Source: Escherichia coli
GTDB taxonomy: Bacteria; Pseudomonadota; Gammaproteobacteria; Enterobacterales; Enterobacteriaceae
DNA: 64,000 bases
NCBI RefSeq assembly: GCF_044647545.1
Contig: NZ_CP172818.1
Strand: one strand, 5' to 3'
Below the pieces are notes generated by a model. The model saw only the letters and a list, made by a program, of their open reading frames with translations, searched no databases and was not told where the DNA came from. The position numbers and the translations under genes were made by a program. This document shows, in pieces, positions 1 through 9,347 of the stretch (positions are counted from its first letter, which is position 1; every line of letters starts with the position of its first letter).

Positions 1-602
1 CTCAGGTCGAAGTCGACGCTAACGATCCGGCATTCCTCAACCCGACCAAGCCGATCGGTTCGTTCTTTACCGAGCAAGAAGCAGAGCAACTGACAAAACA
101 GGGTTACACTCTGAAAGAAGATGCTGGTCGCGGCTATCGTCGTGTTGTTGCTTCACCAAAACCGGTTGATATTATTGAAAAAGAGACGGTAAAAGCGCTG
201 GTAGAAGCAGGCCAGGTAGTGATCACCGTTGGCGGTGGTGGCATTCCCGTTATTCGTGAAGGTAACCATCTGCGCGGTGCCAGTGCGGTTATCGATAAAG
301 ACTGGGCCAGCGCCCGTTTAGCAGAAATGATTGATGCCGATATGCTGATCATTCTGACTGCGGTAGAAAAAGTGGCCATTAACTTCGGTAAAGAGAATGA
401 ACAGTGGCTCGATCGCCTGTCATTAAGTGATGCTGAACGCTTTATCGAAGAAGGTCATTTTGCGAAAGGTTCTATGCTGCCTAAAGTGGAAGCTGCCGCC
501 TCGTTTGCTCGCTCTCGCGCAGGTCGTGAAGCACTGATTACCGTATTGAGCAAAGCGAAAGAAGGGATTGAAGGCAAAACCGGAACGGTGATTTGTCAGT
601 AA
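1..602 (+). CDS. yqeA: carbamate kinase-like protein, C-terminal part (gene starts upstream of window; codon phase starts at position 3)
   Basis: Open frame runs from window edge to stop at 600-602; product has the carbamate kinase C-terminal signature (GGGGIPV...); sits where yqeA lies upstream of yqeB in E. coli. Confidence 0.8.
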   Translation, partial: QVEVDANDPAFLNPTKPIGSFFTEQEAEQLTKQGYTLKEDAGRGYRRVVASPKPVDIIEKETVKALVEAGQVVITVGGGGIPVIREGNHLRGASAVIDKDWASARLAEMIDADMLIILTAVEKVAINFGKENEQWLDRLSLSDAERFIEEGHFAKGSMLPKVEAAASFARSRAGREALITVLSKAKEGIEGKTGTVICQ

Positions 603-640
603 TTTAGGCCGGATGGGTAATACCATCCGGCCATTTTCAT

Positions 641-2266
641 TTAAGCCACTTCCAGCACTTCTTTTGTCGCTTTAACGCCCTGATGCATCAACATCATTAA
701 CGCCTCAAGTACGCCGCCGCCAATCGCCCGGGCTTTATCAGAAACGCTGGTGAAATCAGCCGTTTCACCACGAGGATCGATATCACCAATTTTAAAACCA
801 CCGACCACTGCCAGTCCGTCGTTCAACAAGCCACGCACCATCCCCGTCAACGGTGCTTTAATTTCATGCTCACCAATCCAGGCAATCACATCGCCCTCTT
901 TCACCAGATCGCCTAATTTCACGTTGGATCGCATAATGCCTGCAGCAGGAGCACGGATCACCCGTCGGGTGGTATGCCCCATAATATTGCCGGGAACACC
1001 GGTATTCTCCTGCGCACAACCAGAGTAAATCACCTGACCGAGCCAGTGCCCGCGATTTGTTTCAATTACCGCATGACAATCCTTCCCTGCAGTAAAGCCC
1101 GGCCCAAGCGCGATTGTTACTGGTGCCATATCTGCCCGCGTTCCCAAATTCTGTTTCGCCAGAATAGCGTCCACCACGCAAAGCGGTTTCAGTTCATCAA
1201 GCAATGAACAGGTGGGATCTACCATCACAGGGATGAATCCGCGTTCGGTAAGTTTCATCGCTTCCGCAGAGCTGGTTGCCAGGCGGGCGGTGACGCCTTC
1301 GACCGTCATTTCGCCATCGAACACGGCCTGGGCAAACGCCACGGTACAACGAATCACTGTCGGTTTTTCCACTTCCAACATGATCACTTTAAAACCCGCA
1401 TGATACAGACGTAGCGCTACACCACTGGCGATATCCCCCGCACCGCGAATCACCACCAGCTGGTGTCCGGAAGGATGAGAAGGCTTCATCATCAGCCCAC
1501 CCGGCGCGTTATTTTTCACCTGTAATATTTCTGCCAGCACGCTGATGGCGATCTCCTGCGGCGTTTCCGCACCTATGTTGTAACCAACGGGCGCATGTAA
1601 ACGGGCAATATGTTCTTCAGCCACGCCTTTCTCACGCAATTGACGCAGGAAAAGCTGAACCTTGCGACGACTTGCCAGCAACCCCAGCCATGCAATGGGC
1701 TGTTCAATGAGTTTGTCGAGGGCTTCACGATCCTGATTATTCGTGGCAATCAGGACAAAATTATCAGGGCGAATATCCAGTGCTTCCACTGCCGCACCAA
1801 ACGACTCAGCATAGAGAAGCGTGGTTGATGGTGGGAATAGTTCAGGATTGAGGCTTTCGCGATAAATATCAGCAACGGCAATATCAAATCCTAATAGCGC
1901 CGCACTCTGGGCTATCGCCCGGTTGACATGCCCCGCGCCAATCAACACCAGACGTGGACGCATACCATGGACGCTGATAAATACTGACATTGCACCTCCA
2001 CAATCTGACCCGACAGCATCCGCACCGTTACGAGCCATACGTCCATGGAATAATCGCGGCTTACGTTCCTGCAATGCCTGAAGCGACTCTTCAATCACCT
2101 TCCGCTCAACCATTCCGCCACCAATTGTACCGACGATAGAGCCATCGGCGCGCACTAACATTTGTGCAGAATGGCGGGGAGTCGAGCCTCGGCTATCAAC
2201 AATTTGCGCCATCGCAAACGGACAATTTTGCTCTTCGAGTTTTGCAGCCTCTGTGAAAATATTCAT
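641..2266 (-). CDS. yqeB: XdhC/CoxI-family molybdenum hydroxylase accessory protein YqeB
   Basis: 541-aa ORF, same length as E. coli YqeB; recognised by sequence and by position next to yqeC. Confidence 0.9.
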   Translation of the reverse strand: MNIFTEAAKLEEQNCPFAMAQIVDSRGSTPRHSAQMLVRADGSIVGTIGGGMVERKVIEESLQALQERKPRLFHGRMARNGADAVGSDCGGAMSVFISVHGMRPRLVLIGAGHVNRAIAQSAALLGFDIAVADIYRESLNPELFPPSTTLLYAESFGAAVEALDIRPDNFVLIATNNQDREALDKLIEQPIAWLGLLASRRKVQLFLRQLREKGVAEEHIARLHAPVGYNIGAETPQEIAISVLAEILQVKNNAPGGLMMKPSHPSGHQLVVIRGAGDIASGVALRLYHAGFKVIMLEVEKPTVIRCTVAFAQAVFDGEMTVEGVTARLATSSAEAMKLTERGFIPVMVDPTCSLLDELKPLCVVDAILAKQNLGTRADMAPVTIALGPGFTAGKDCHAVIETNRGHWLGQVIYSGCAQENTGVPGNIMGHTTRRVIRAPAAGIMRSNVKLGDLVKEGDVIAWIGEHEIKAPLTGMVRGLLNDGLAVVGGFKIGDIDPRGETADFTSVSDKARAIGGGVLEALMMLMHQGVKATKEVLEVA

Positions 2267-2313
2267 ACCAACCTCAATGGATATCCTTTCAGTAACCCGG
2301 AATACCCGGGCCG

Positions 2314-3084
2314 CTAATTCACAAATCTGCGCGCGATTGCAGGATGTTCTTGTATATCGCCCAGCCAGATTGCCTCTACGTTGTGTTGTTGCAGCGGTTG
2401 AAGGAGCTCGCTTTGCGCAATCGCATTCTCACATTGAGAAAAACGGTTAATGAACCAGACTCGCCGACAACCTTGCGGTACGTTTTTAAACGCCCCCTGA
2501 GGGTGGCGAACCAGCGCAACGAGATCGCTCAGTTGCAAGGGTGCATCAGGTGTTAACCCAGTAATATCAGCAAACTGCGACCAGCGATGGACATTTTCTG
2601 TGCTCACTTTCGCACCCAAAATATGTCCTCCCATCACAGCAATCACGCAGCAACTGCTTTTAGGTATGCAAGGTTCGTGCTCATCAGGCGCTTTTAACGG
2701 CATTCCACGCGAGCCATCTGCTTCAATGAGAATTACGTCACACTCTGGTCGTTGTACCAGTGCATCAATCGCTTCTGGCGTAAATCCCTGCACTTTTCCC
2801 TGATTCGCTTTCCAGCTGTGAAAACAAAATGAAATGGGGGATATAAAAGACGCATGAGGAAGCATGGCGGGATCACGACAGAAAACCACGGGCCAGTGAG
2901 ATGTTGGCATAAACATATGTGTCGTCGTAGTGATTAATACACGCCTGCCGCTCGCCTGGAACAGTTCTGCCAGCCAAAAAAGCAAGCTGGTTTTCCCCCC
3001 AGCACCAACAACAGAAATCACAGTGGGACGTTTCTGCGCGCCTAAATCAATGAATAATGCCGATGGGTCAATTATACTTTTCAC
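2314..3084 (-). CDS. yqeC: selenium-dependent molybdenum hydroxylase system protein YqeC
   Basis: 256-aa ORF with P-loop-like GAGGKTS motif; length and context match YqeC. Confidence 0.9.
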   Translation of the reverse strand: MKSIIDPSALFIDLGAQKRPTVISVVGAGGKTSLLFWLAELFQASGRRVLITTTTHMFMPTSHWPVVFCRDPAMLPHASFISPISFCFHSWKANQGKVQGFTPEAIDALVQRPECDVILIEADGSRGMPLKAPDEHEPCIPKSSCCVIAVMGGHILGAKVSTENVHRWSQFADITGLTPDAPLQLSDLVALVRHPQGAFKNVPQGCRRVWFINRFSQCENAIAQSELLQPLQQHNVEAIWLGDIQEHPAIARRFVN

Positions 3085-3187
3085 GCGTCTTTATGGACCT
3101 CTCTGGGATAAATTATCCCCAACTTAATCCATCAGGAAGTAACGCAATTATCAGGCGTTATTAGCCCCTATAAATAATGGAACCACT

Positions 3188-3766
3188 ATGTCAGCCATCG
3201 ACTGTATAATTACCGCTGCCGGATTATCATCAAGAATGGGGCAATGGAAAATGATGTTACCCTGGCAACAGGGAACAATTCTTGATGCAAGTATCAAAAA
3301 TGCGTTGCAGTTTTGTAGCCGAATTATTTTAGTCACCGGCTATCGTGGTAATGAACTGCACGAACGTTATGCGAACCAGAGTAATATCACTATTATCCAC
3401 AACCCAGATTATGCGCAGGGTTTACTGACATCAGTAAAGGCCGCAGTACCCGCGGTGCAAACAGAACATTGTTTTCTCACCCACGGTGACATGCCAACCC
3501 TCACCATCGATATTTTTAGAAAAATCTGGCCGTTACGTAATGATGGCGCAATACTGCCACTCCATAATGGCATCCCCGGCCATCCGATTTTAGTGTCAAA
3601 ACCATGCCTGATGCAGGCAATCCAGCGACCCAATGTCACCAATATGCGTCAGGCACTCCTTATGGGAGAACATTATTCCGTCGAAATAGAAAATGCAGAA
3701 ATAATTTTAGATATTGATACTCCTGACGACTTTATTACAGCGAAGAAAAGGTATACTGAAATTTAG
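3188..3766 (+). CDS. mocA: molybdenum cofactor cytidylyltransferase
   Basis: 192-aa ORF matching MocA (YgfJ) in length and MobA-like N-terminal motif. Confidence 0.9.
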   Translation: MSAIDCIITAAGLSSRMGQWKMMLPWQQGTILDASIKNALQFCSRIILVTGYRGNELHERYANQSNITIIHNPDYAQGLLTSVKAAVPAVQTEHCFLTHGDMPTLTIDIFRKIWPLRNDGAILPLHNGIPGHPILVSKPCLMQAIQRPNVTNMRQALLMGEHYSVEIENAEIILDIDTPDDFITAKKRYTEI

Positions 3767-3990
3767 AAAACGTAGTTAAACGATTGCGTTCAAATATTTA
3801 ACCCCTCCTGTACTCTTTATCATAATGATAAGGAATCACTGATTTTGAGAAAAGAGAAAAAGTGATAAATGGGCTGGCAATAATAATTTTCAGGAGTGAT
3901 TTTAATTCTCATTTGGCACCTGTGAGTTCATTCACAAAAAGCCATTAAGTTTCGAGCCGCCTCACATTTTTTTATATTTCCCGCCAAACC

Positions 3991-4006
3991 TGGCAAGAGT
4001 GGTGCG
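3991..4006 (+). promoter_or_regulatory. candidate sigma-54 (-24/-12) promoter element upstream of ygfK
   Basis: TGGCA at 3991-3995 with TGC at 4003-4005, giving GG and GC at consensus spacing; about 80 bp upstream of the ygfK start; -12 region is imperfect. Confidence 0.25.
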
Positions 4007-4087
4007 ATTGTTGCTCTATCCCCCTAAACCACCGGATTTCTCAACACCGGTCACTCAATGATATCTGTATAAGCTAAGGAGAGGGTT

Positions 4088-7000
4088 ATGGGGGATATTA
4101 TGCGTCCCATTCCGTTTGAGGAACTTTTGACGCGCATATTTGATGAATACCAACAACAACGCTCAATCTTTGGTATTCCCGAGCAACAGTTTTACTCACC
4201 CGTAAAAGGTAAAACTGTTAGCGTCTTCGGTGAAACCTGTGCCACTCCCGTCGGCCCTGCCGCTGGTCCGCACACGCAGCTCGCGCAAAATATTGTCACT
4301 TCCTGGCTGACTGGCGGACGCTTCATCGAACTAAAAACCGTCCAAATTCTTGACCGCCTGGAGCTGGAAAAGCCCTGTATCGATGCCGAAGACGAGTGCT
4401 TTAACACCGAATGGTCTACCGAATTTACCCTGCTTAAAGCCTGGGATGAATACCTCAAAGCCTGGTTTGCCCTGCACCTTCTCGAAGCGATGTTCCAGCC
4501 TTCTGATTCCGGTAAATCGTTCATCTTTAATATGAGCGTCGGTTACAACCTCGAAGGTATTAAGCAACCGCCGATGCAACAGTTCATCGACAATATGATG
4601 GACGCATCTGACCATCCGAAATTCGCTCAATATCGCGATGCACTTAATAAGCTACTCCAGGATGAGGCATTTTTAGCCCGCCACGGATTGCAGGAAAAAC
4701 GCGAAAGCTTGCAAGCCTTACCCGCTCGCATCCCCACCAGCATGGTACAAGGTGTTACCCTCTCCACCATGCACGGCTGTCCTCCGCATGAAATCGAAGC
4801 CATTTGTCGCTACATGCTGGAAGAAAAAGGACTCAACACCTTTGTGAAACTTAACCCGACCTTACTGGGGTATGCGCGTGTTCGTGAGATCCTCGATGTC
4901 TGCGGTTTCGGTTACATAGGCTTAAAAGAAGAGTCATTTGATCACGACCTCAAGCTGACGCAAGCGCTGGAAATGCTGGAACGCCTGATGGTACTGGCAA
5001 AAGAAAAATCACTCGGCTTTGGCGTAAAACTGACTAACACTCTCGGCACCATCAACAATAAAGGCGCACTGCCTGGTGAAGAGATGTATATGTCAGGCCG
5101 TGCGCTGTTCCCGCTCTCCATCAATGTTGCAGCAGTTCTCTCTCGCGCCTTTGACGGCAAACTGCCCATTTCTTATTCCGGTGGTGCCAGTCAGCTGACT
5201 ATCCGCGATATTTTTGATACTGGTATTCGCCCTATTACTATGGCAACCGACCTGCTGAAACCTGGCGGCTATCTGCGCTTAAGTGCCTGCATGCGCGAGC
5301 TGGAAGGCTCCGACGCCTGGGGGCTTGACCATGTTGACGTCGAACGACTGAACAAACTGGCAGCAGACGCGTTAACCATGGAATACACTCAGAAACACTG
5401 GAAGCCAGAAGAGCGTATTGAAGTGGCAGAAGACCTGCCGCTGACCGACTGCTACGTTGCACCGTGCGTTACTGCTTGCGCCATTAAACAGGATATTCCG
5501 GAATACATCCGTCTGCTTGGCGAACACCGCTATGCCGACGCACTGGAACTCATCTACCAACGCAACGCCCTGCCCGCCATTACCGGTCATATTTGCGATC
5601 ACCAGTGCCAATACAACTGTACCCGCCTGGATTACGACAGTGCGCTGAATATCCGCGAACTGAAAAAAGTCGCGCTGGAAAAAGGTTGGAATGAATATAA
5701 GCAACGCTGGCACAAACCAGCCGGTTCTGGTTCACGCCATCCGGTTGCCGTGATTGGTGCAGGTCCGGCGGGTCTGGCAGCAGGTTACTTCCTTGCCAGA
5801 GCGGGCCATCCGGTTACGCTGTTTGAACGCGAAGCCAATGCGGGCGGCGTGGTGAAAAATATCATTCCTCAGTTCCGTATTCCTGCAGAGTTAATTCAGC
5901 ACGATATCGATTTTGTTGCCGCTCACGGCGTGAAATTTGAGTATGGCTGCTCACCCGATCTGACCGTTGAACAGTTAAAAAATCAGGGCTTCCACTATGT
6001 TCTGATTGCCACCGGCACTGATAAAAATAGCGGTGTGAAACTGGCGGGCGACAACCAAAATGTCTGGAAATCACTCCCCTTCCTGCGTGAATACAACAAG
6101 GGCACAGCGCTCAAGCTGGGCAAACATGTGGTCGTTGTCGGGGCGGGTAACACCGCAATGGACTGCGCTCGTGCGGCGTTACGCGTTCCAGGCGTAGAAA
6201 AAGCAACGGTCGTTTACCGTCGTTCACTGCAAGAGATGCCAGCATGGCGCGAAGAGTATGAAGAAGCGTTGCACGACGGCGTGGAGTTCCGTTTTCTGAA
6301 TAATCCGGAACGTTTCGATGCTGATGGCACCTTAACCTTGCGCGTTATGTCGCTTGGCGAACCTGATGAGAAAGGTCGTCGCCGTCCGGTTGAAACCAAC
6401 GAAACAGTAACGCTGCATGTAGACAGCCTGATCACCGCCATTGGTGAACAGCAGGATACTGAAGCCCTGAATGCAATGGGCGTGCCGCTGGACAAAAACG
6501 GCTGGCCAGACGTCGACCATAATGGCGAAACGCGTCTGACTGACGTCTTTATGATCGGCGACGTACAGCGCGGACCATCCTCCATTGTCGCTGCTGTCGG
6601 AACCGCGCGTCGGGCGACCGATGCAATCCTGAGTAGGGAAAATATCCGTTCCCACCAGAACGATAAATACTGGAACAACGTCAATCCGGCGGAAATCTAT
6701 CAACGTAAAGGCGATATCTCTATCACTCTGGTGAACAGTGACGATCGTGACGCGTTTGTCGCCCAGGAAGCCGCACGCTGCCTTGAATGTAACTACGTTT
6801 GCAGCAAGTGTGTGGATGTCTGCCCGAACCGCGCCAACGTCTCCATTGCGGTTCCTGGCTTCCAGAACCGTTTCCAGACGCTGCATCTCGATGCCTACTG
6901 CAACGAATGCGGCAACTGCGCCCAATTCTGCCCGTGGAACGGTAAACCGTACAAAGACAAAATCACCGTCTTCAGCCTGTCGCAAGACTTTGATAACAGC

Positions 7001-7186
7001 AGCAACCCAGGCTTCCTTGTGGAAGATTGCCGGGTACGAGTACGTCTGAATAACCAAAGCTGGGTGTTAAACATCGACAGCGAAGGTCAGTTCAACAACG
7101 TACCACCGGAGCTGAACGATATGTGCCGCATTATTAGCCATGTCCACCAGCATCATCATTATCTGCTGGACCGCGTGGAGGTGTAA
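4088..7186 (+). CDS. ygfK: putative Fe-S / FAD-NAD(P)-binding oxidoreductase subunit (GltD-like), YgfK
   Basis: 1032-aa ORF, same length as E. coli YgfK; GAGPAG dinucleotide-binding motif and cysteine clusters; preceded by RBS AAGGAGAGGG. Confidence 0.9.
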   Translation: MGDIMRPIPFEELLTRIFDEYQQQRSIFGIPEQQFYSPVKGKTVSVFGETCATPVGPAAGPHTQLAQNIVTSWLTGGRFIELKTVQILDRLELEKPCIDAEDECFNTEWSTEFTLLKAWDEYLKAWFALHLLEAMFQPSDSGKSFIFNMSVGYNLEGIKQPPMQQFIDNMMDASDHPKFAQYRDALNKLLQDEAFLARHGLQEKRESLQALPARIPTSMVQGVTLSTMHGCPPHEIEAICRYMLEEKGLNTFVKLNPTLLGYARVREILDVCGFGYIGLKEESFDHDLKLTQALEMLERLMVLAKEKSLGFGVKLTNTLGTINNKGALPGEEMYMSGRALFPLSINVAAVLSRAFDGKLPISYSGGASQLTIRDIFDTGIRPITMATDLLKPGGYLRLSACMRELEGSDAWGLDHVDVERLNKLAADALTMEYTQKHWKPEERIEVAEDLPLTDCYVAPCVTACAIKQDIPEYIRLLGEHRYADALELIYQRNALPAITGHICDHQCQYNCTRLDYDSALNIRELKKVALEKGWNEYKQRWHKPAGSGSRHPVAVIGAGPAGLAAGYFLARAGHPVTLFEREANAGGVVKNIIPQFRIPAELIQHDIDFVAAHGVKFEYGCSPDLTVEQLKNQGFHYVLIATGTDKNSGVKLAGDNQNVWKSLPFLREYNKGTALKLGKHVVVVGAGNTAMDCARAALRVPGVEKATVVYRRSLQEMPAWREEYEEALHDGVEFRFLNNPERFDADGTLTLRVMSLGEPDEKGRRRPVETNETVTLHVDSLITAIGEQQDTEALNAMGVPLDKNGWPDVDHNGETRLTDVFMIGDVQRGPSSIVAAVGTARRATDAILSRENIRSHQNDKYWNNVNPAEIYQRKGDISITLVNSDDRDAFVAQEAARCLECNYVCSKCVDVCPNRANVSIAVPGFQNRFQTLHLDAYCNECGNCAQFCPWNGKPYKDKITVFSLSQDFDNSSNPGFLVEDCRVRVRLNNQSWVLNIDSEGQFNNVPPELNDMCRIISHVHQHHHYLLDRVEV

Positions 7187-7188
7187 TC

Positions 7189-8517
7189 ATGTTGATTCTG
7201 AAGAATGTCACCGCAGTGCAGTTACACCCGGCGAAAGTGCAGGAAGGCGTTGATATCGCCATCGAAAATGATGTGATTGTCGCTATCGGCGATGCCCTGA
7301 CGCAACGCTACCCCGATGCCAGCTACAAAGAGATGCATGGTCGGATTGTGATGCCGGGAATTGTCTGCTCGCATAACCATTTTTACTCGGGACTTTCCCG
7401 CGGAATTATGGCAAATATCGCCCCCTGCCCGGATTTCATCTCAACGCTGAAAAATCTCTGGTGGCGGCTCGATCGCGCCCTTGATGAAGAGTCGCTCTAT
7501 TACAGCGGACTGATTTGTTCCCTGGAAGCGATTAAGAGCGGATGTACATCGGTTATCGATCACCATGCCTCTCCAGCCTATATCGGCGGGTCACTCTCCA
7601 CATTGCGCGACGCATTTTTAAAAGTTGGCCTGCGCGCGATGACCTGTTTTGAAACTACTGACCGTAACAGCGGCATCAAAGAGTTGCAGGAAGGTGTAGA
7701 AGAAAACATCCGCTTCGCCCGTCAGATTGATGAGGCGAAGAAAGCAGCAACCGAGCCGTATCTGGTGGAAGCACATATCGGCGCTCACGCGCCGTTTACC
7801 GTGCCGGATGCCGGTCTGGAGATGCTGCGTGAAGCCGTGAAAACCACAGGTCGTGGTTTGCATATTCACGCTGCGGAAGACCTTTACGACGTTTCCTACA
7901 GTCACCACTGGTACGGCAAAGACCTACTGGCACGACTGACGCAATTCGATCTCATCGACAGCAAAACGCTGGTCGCTCATGGGCTGTACTTGTCGAAAGA
8001 TGACATCACCCTACTCAATCAGCGCGATGCGTTCCTGGTGCATAACGCCCGTTCAAACATGAACAACCATGTCGGCTACAACCATCACCTTAGCGACATC
8101 CGCAATCTGGCGTTGGGAACGGACGGCATTGGTTCGGACATGTTTGAAGAGATGAAATTTGCCTTCTTTAAACATCGCGATGCGGGTGGCCCGCTGTGGC
8201 CTGACAGTTTTGCCAAAGCACTGGCTAACGGCAACGAACTGATGAGCCGCAACTTTGGCGCGAAATTTGGGCTTCTGGAAGCCGGTTACAAAGCCGATTT
8301 AACCATTTGCGATTACAACTCGCCGACGCCGCTGCTGGCAGACAATATCGCCGGGCATATCGCTTTCGGTATGGGCTCAGGCAGCGTTCACAGCGTGATG
8401 GTCAATGGTGTGATGGTCTATGAAGACCGTCAGTTTAACTTCGATTGCGATTCCATTTATGCGCAAGCCAGAAAAGCCGCTGCCAGTATGTGGCGTCGGA
8501 TGGATGCGCTGGCATAA
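7189..8517 (+). CDS. ssnA: putative aminohydrolase / chlorohydrolase SsnA
   Basis: 442-aa ORF, amidohydrolase-like HxH metal motif (CSHNHFY); starts 3 bp after ygfK stop. Confidence 0.9.
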   Translation: MLILKNVTAVQLHPAKVQEGVDIAIENDVIVAIGDALTQRYPDASYKEMHGRIVMPGIVCSHNHFYSGLSRGIMANIAPCPDFISTLKNLWWRLDRALDEESLYYSGLICSLEAIKSGCTSVIDHHASPAYIGGSLSTLRDAFLKVGLRAMTCFETTDRNSGIKELQEGVEENIRFARQIDEAKKAATEPYLVEAHIGAHAPFTVPDAGLEMLREAVKTTGRGLHIHAAEDLYDVSYSHHWYGKDLLARLTQFDLIDSKTLVAHGLYLSKDDITLLNQRDAFLVHNARSNMNNHVGYNHHLSDIRNLALGTDGIGSDMFEEMKFAFFKHRDAGGPLWPDSFAKALANGNELMSRNFGAKFGLLEAGYKADLTICDYNSPTPLLADNIAGHIAFGMGSGSVHSVMVNGVMVYEDRQFNFDCDSIYAQARKAAASMWRRMDALA

Positions 8518-8521
8518 ATAA

Positions 8522-8552
8522 CAGCTCCCCTCTTCTTTCAGAGAAGAGGGGA
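8522..8552 (+). other. intra-operon stem-loop between ssnA and ygfM
   Basis: Inverted repeat CCCCTCTTCT...AGAAGAGGGG directly after the ssnA stop and before the ygfM RBS. Confidence 0.4.
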
Positions 8553-8567
8553 AATTAAGGAAAGACG

Positions 8568-9347
8568 ATGATTGAACAATTTTTCAGACCCGACTCTGTC
8601 GAACAAGCGCTGGAACTGAAGCGCCGCTACCAGGATGAAGCCGTCTGGTTCGCCGGGGGCAGTAAACTCAACGCCACACCAACCCGTACCGATAAAAAGA
8701 TTGCCATATCCTTACAGGATCTGGAACTGGACTGGGTTGACTGGGATAACGGTGCATTGCGGATTGGCGCGATGTCTCGCTTGCAAACACTGCGTGATGC
8801 ACGGTTTATTCCTGCAGCACTGCGTGAGGCTCTCGGCTTTGTCTACTCTCGCCATATTCGTAATCAGTCGACCATTGGTGGTGAAATCGCCGCCCGGCAG
8901 GAAGAGTCGGTGCTGCTTCCCGTCCTGCTGGCACTGGATGCTGAACTGGTTTTTGGCAACGGCGAAACGCTGTCAATCGAGGACTACCTGACCTGCCCAT
9001 GCGATCGCCTGCTAACCGAAATTATCATTAAAGATCCGTATCGCACCTGTGCGACCCGCAAAATTAGCCGTTCTCAGGCTGGGTTAACGGTAGTAACGGC
9101 AGCCGTTGCGTTAACCGATCACGACGGTATGCGAATTGCGTTGGATGGCGTGGCCAGTAAAGCACTGCGTCTGCACGATGTCGAAAAACAAAACCTGGAA
9201 GGCGATGCCCTTGAACAGGCTGTCGCCAACGCCATTTTCCCGCAGGAAGATTTGCGGGGCAGCGTGGCCTATAAACGCTATATCACGGGAGTTCTGGTAG
9301 CCGACCTGTATGCCGACTGCCAACAGGCTGGGGAGGAAGCCGTATGA
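8568..9347 (+). CDS. ygfM: FAD-binding subunit of xanthine-dehydrogenase-like molybdoenzyme
   Basis: 259-aa ORF matching YgfM length; overlaps xdhD start by 4 bp. Confidence 0.9.
   Translation: MIEQFFRPDSVEQALELKRRYQDEAVWFAGGSKLNATPTRTDKKIAISLQDLELDWVDWDNGALRIGAMSRLQTLRDARFIPAALREALGFVYSRHIRNQSTIGGEIAARQEESVLLPVLLALDAELVFGNGETLSIEDYLTCPCDRLLTEIIIKDPYRTCATRKISRSQAGLTVVTAAVALTDHDGMRIALDGVASKALRLHDVEKQNLEGDALEQAVANAIFPQEDLRGSVAYKRYITGVLVADLYADCQQAGEEAV

Noticed and set aside
3905-3922. Second TGGCAC-containing sigma-54-like motif (TGGCACCTGTGAGTTCA) upstream of ygfK
   Set aside because: The GC dinucleotide of the -12 element is not at the required spacing; kept only the 3991-4006 candidate, itself tentative.
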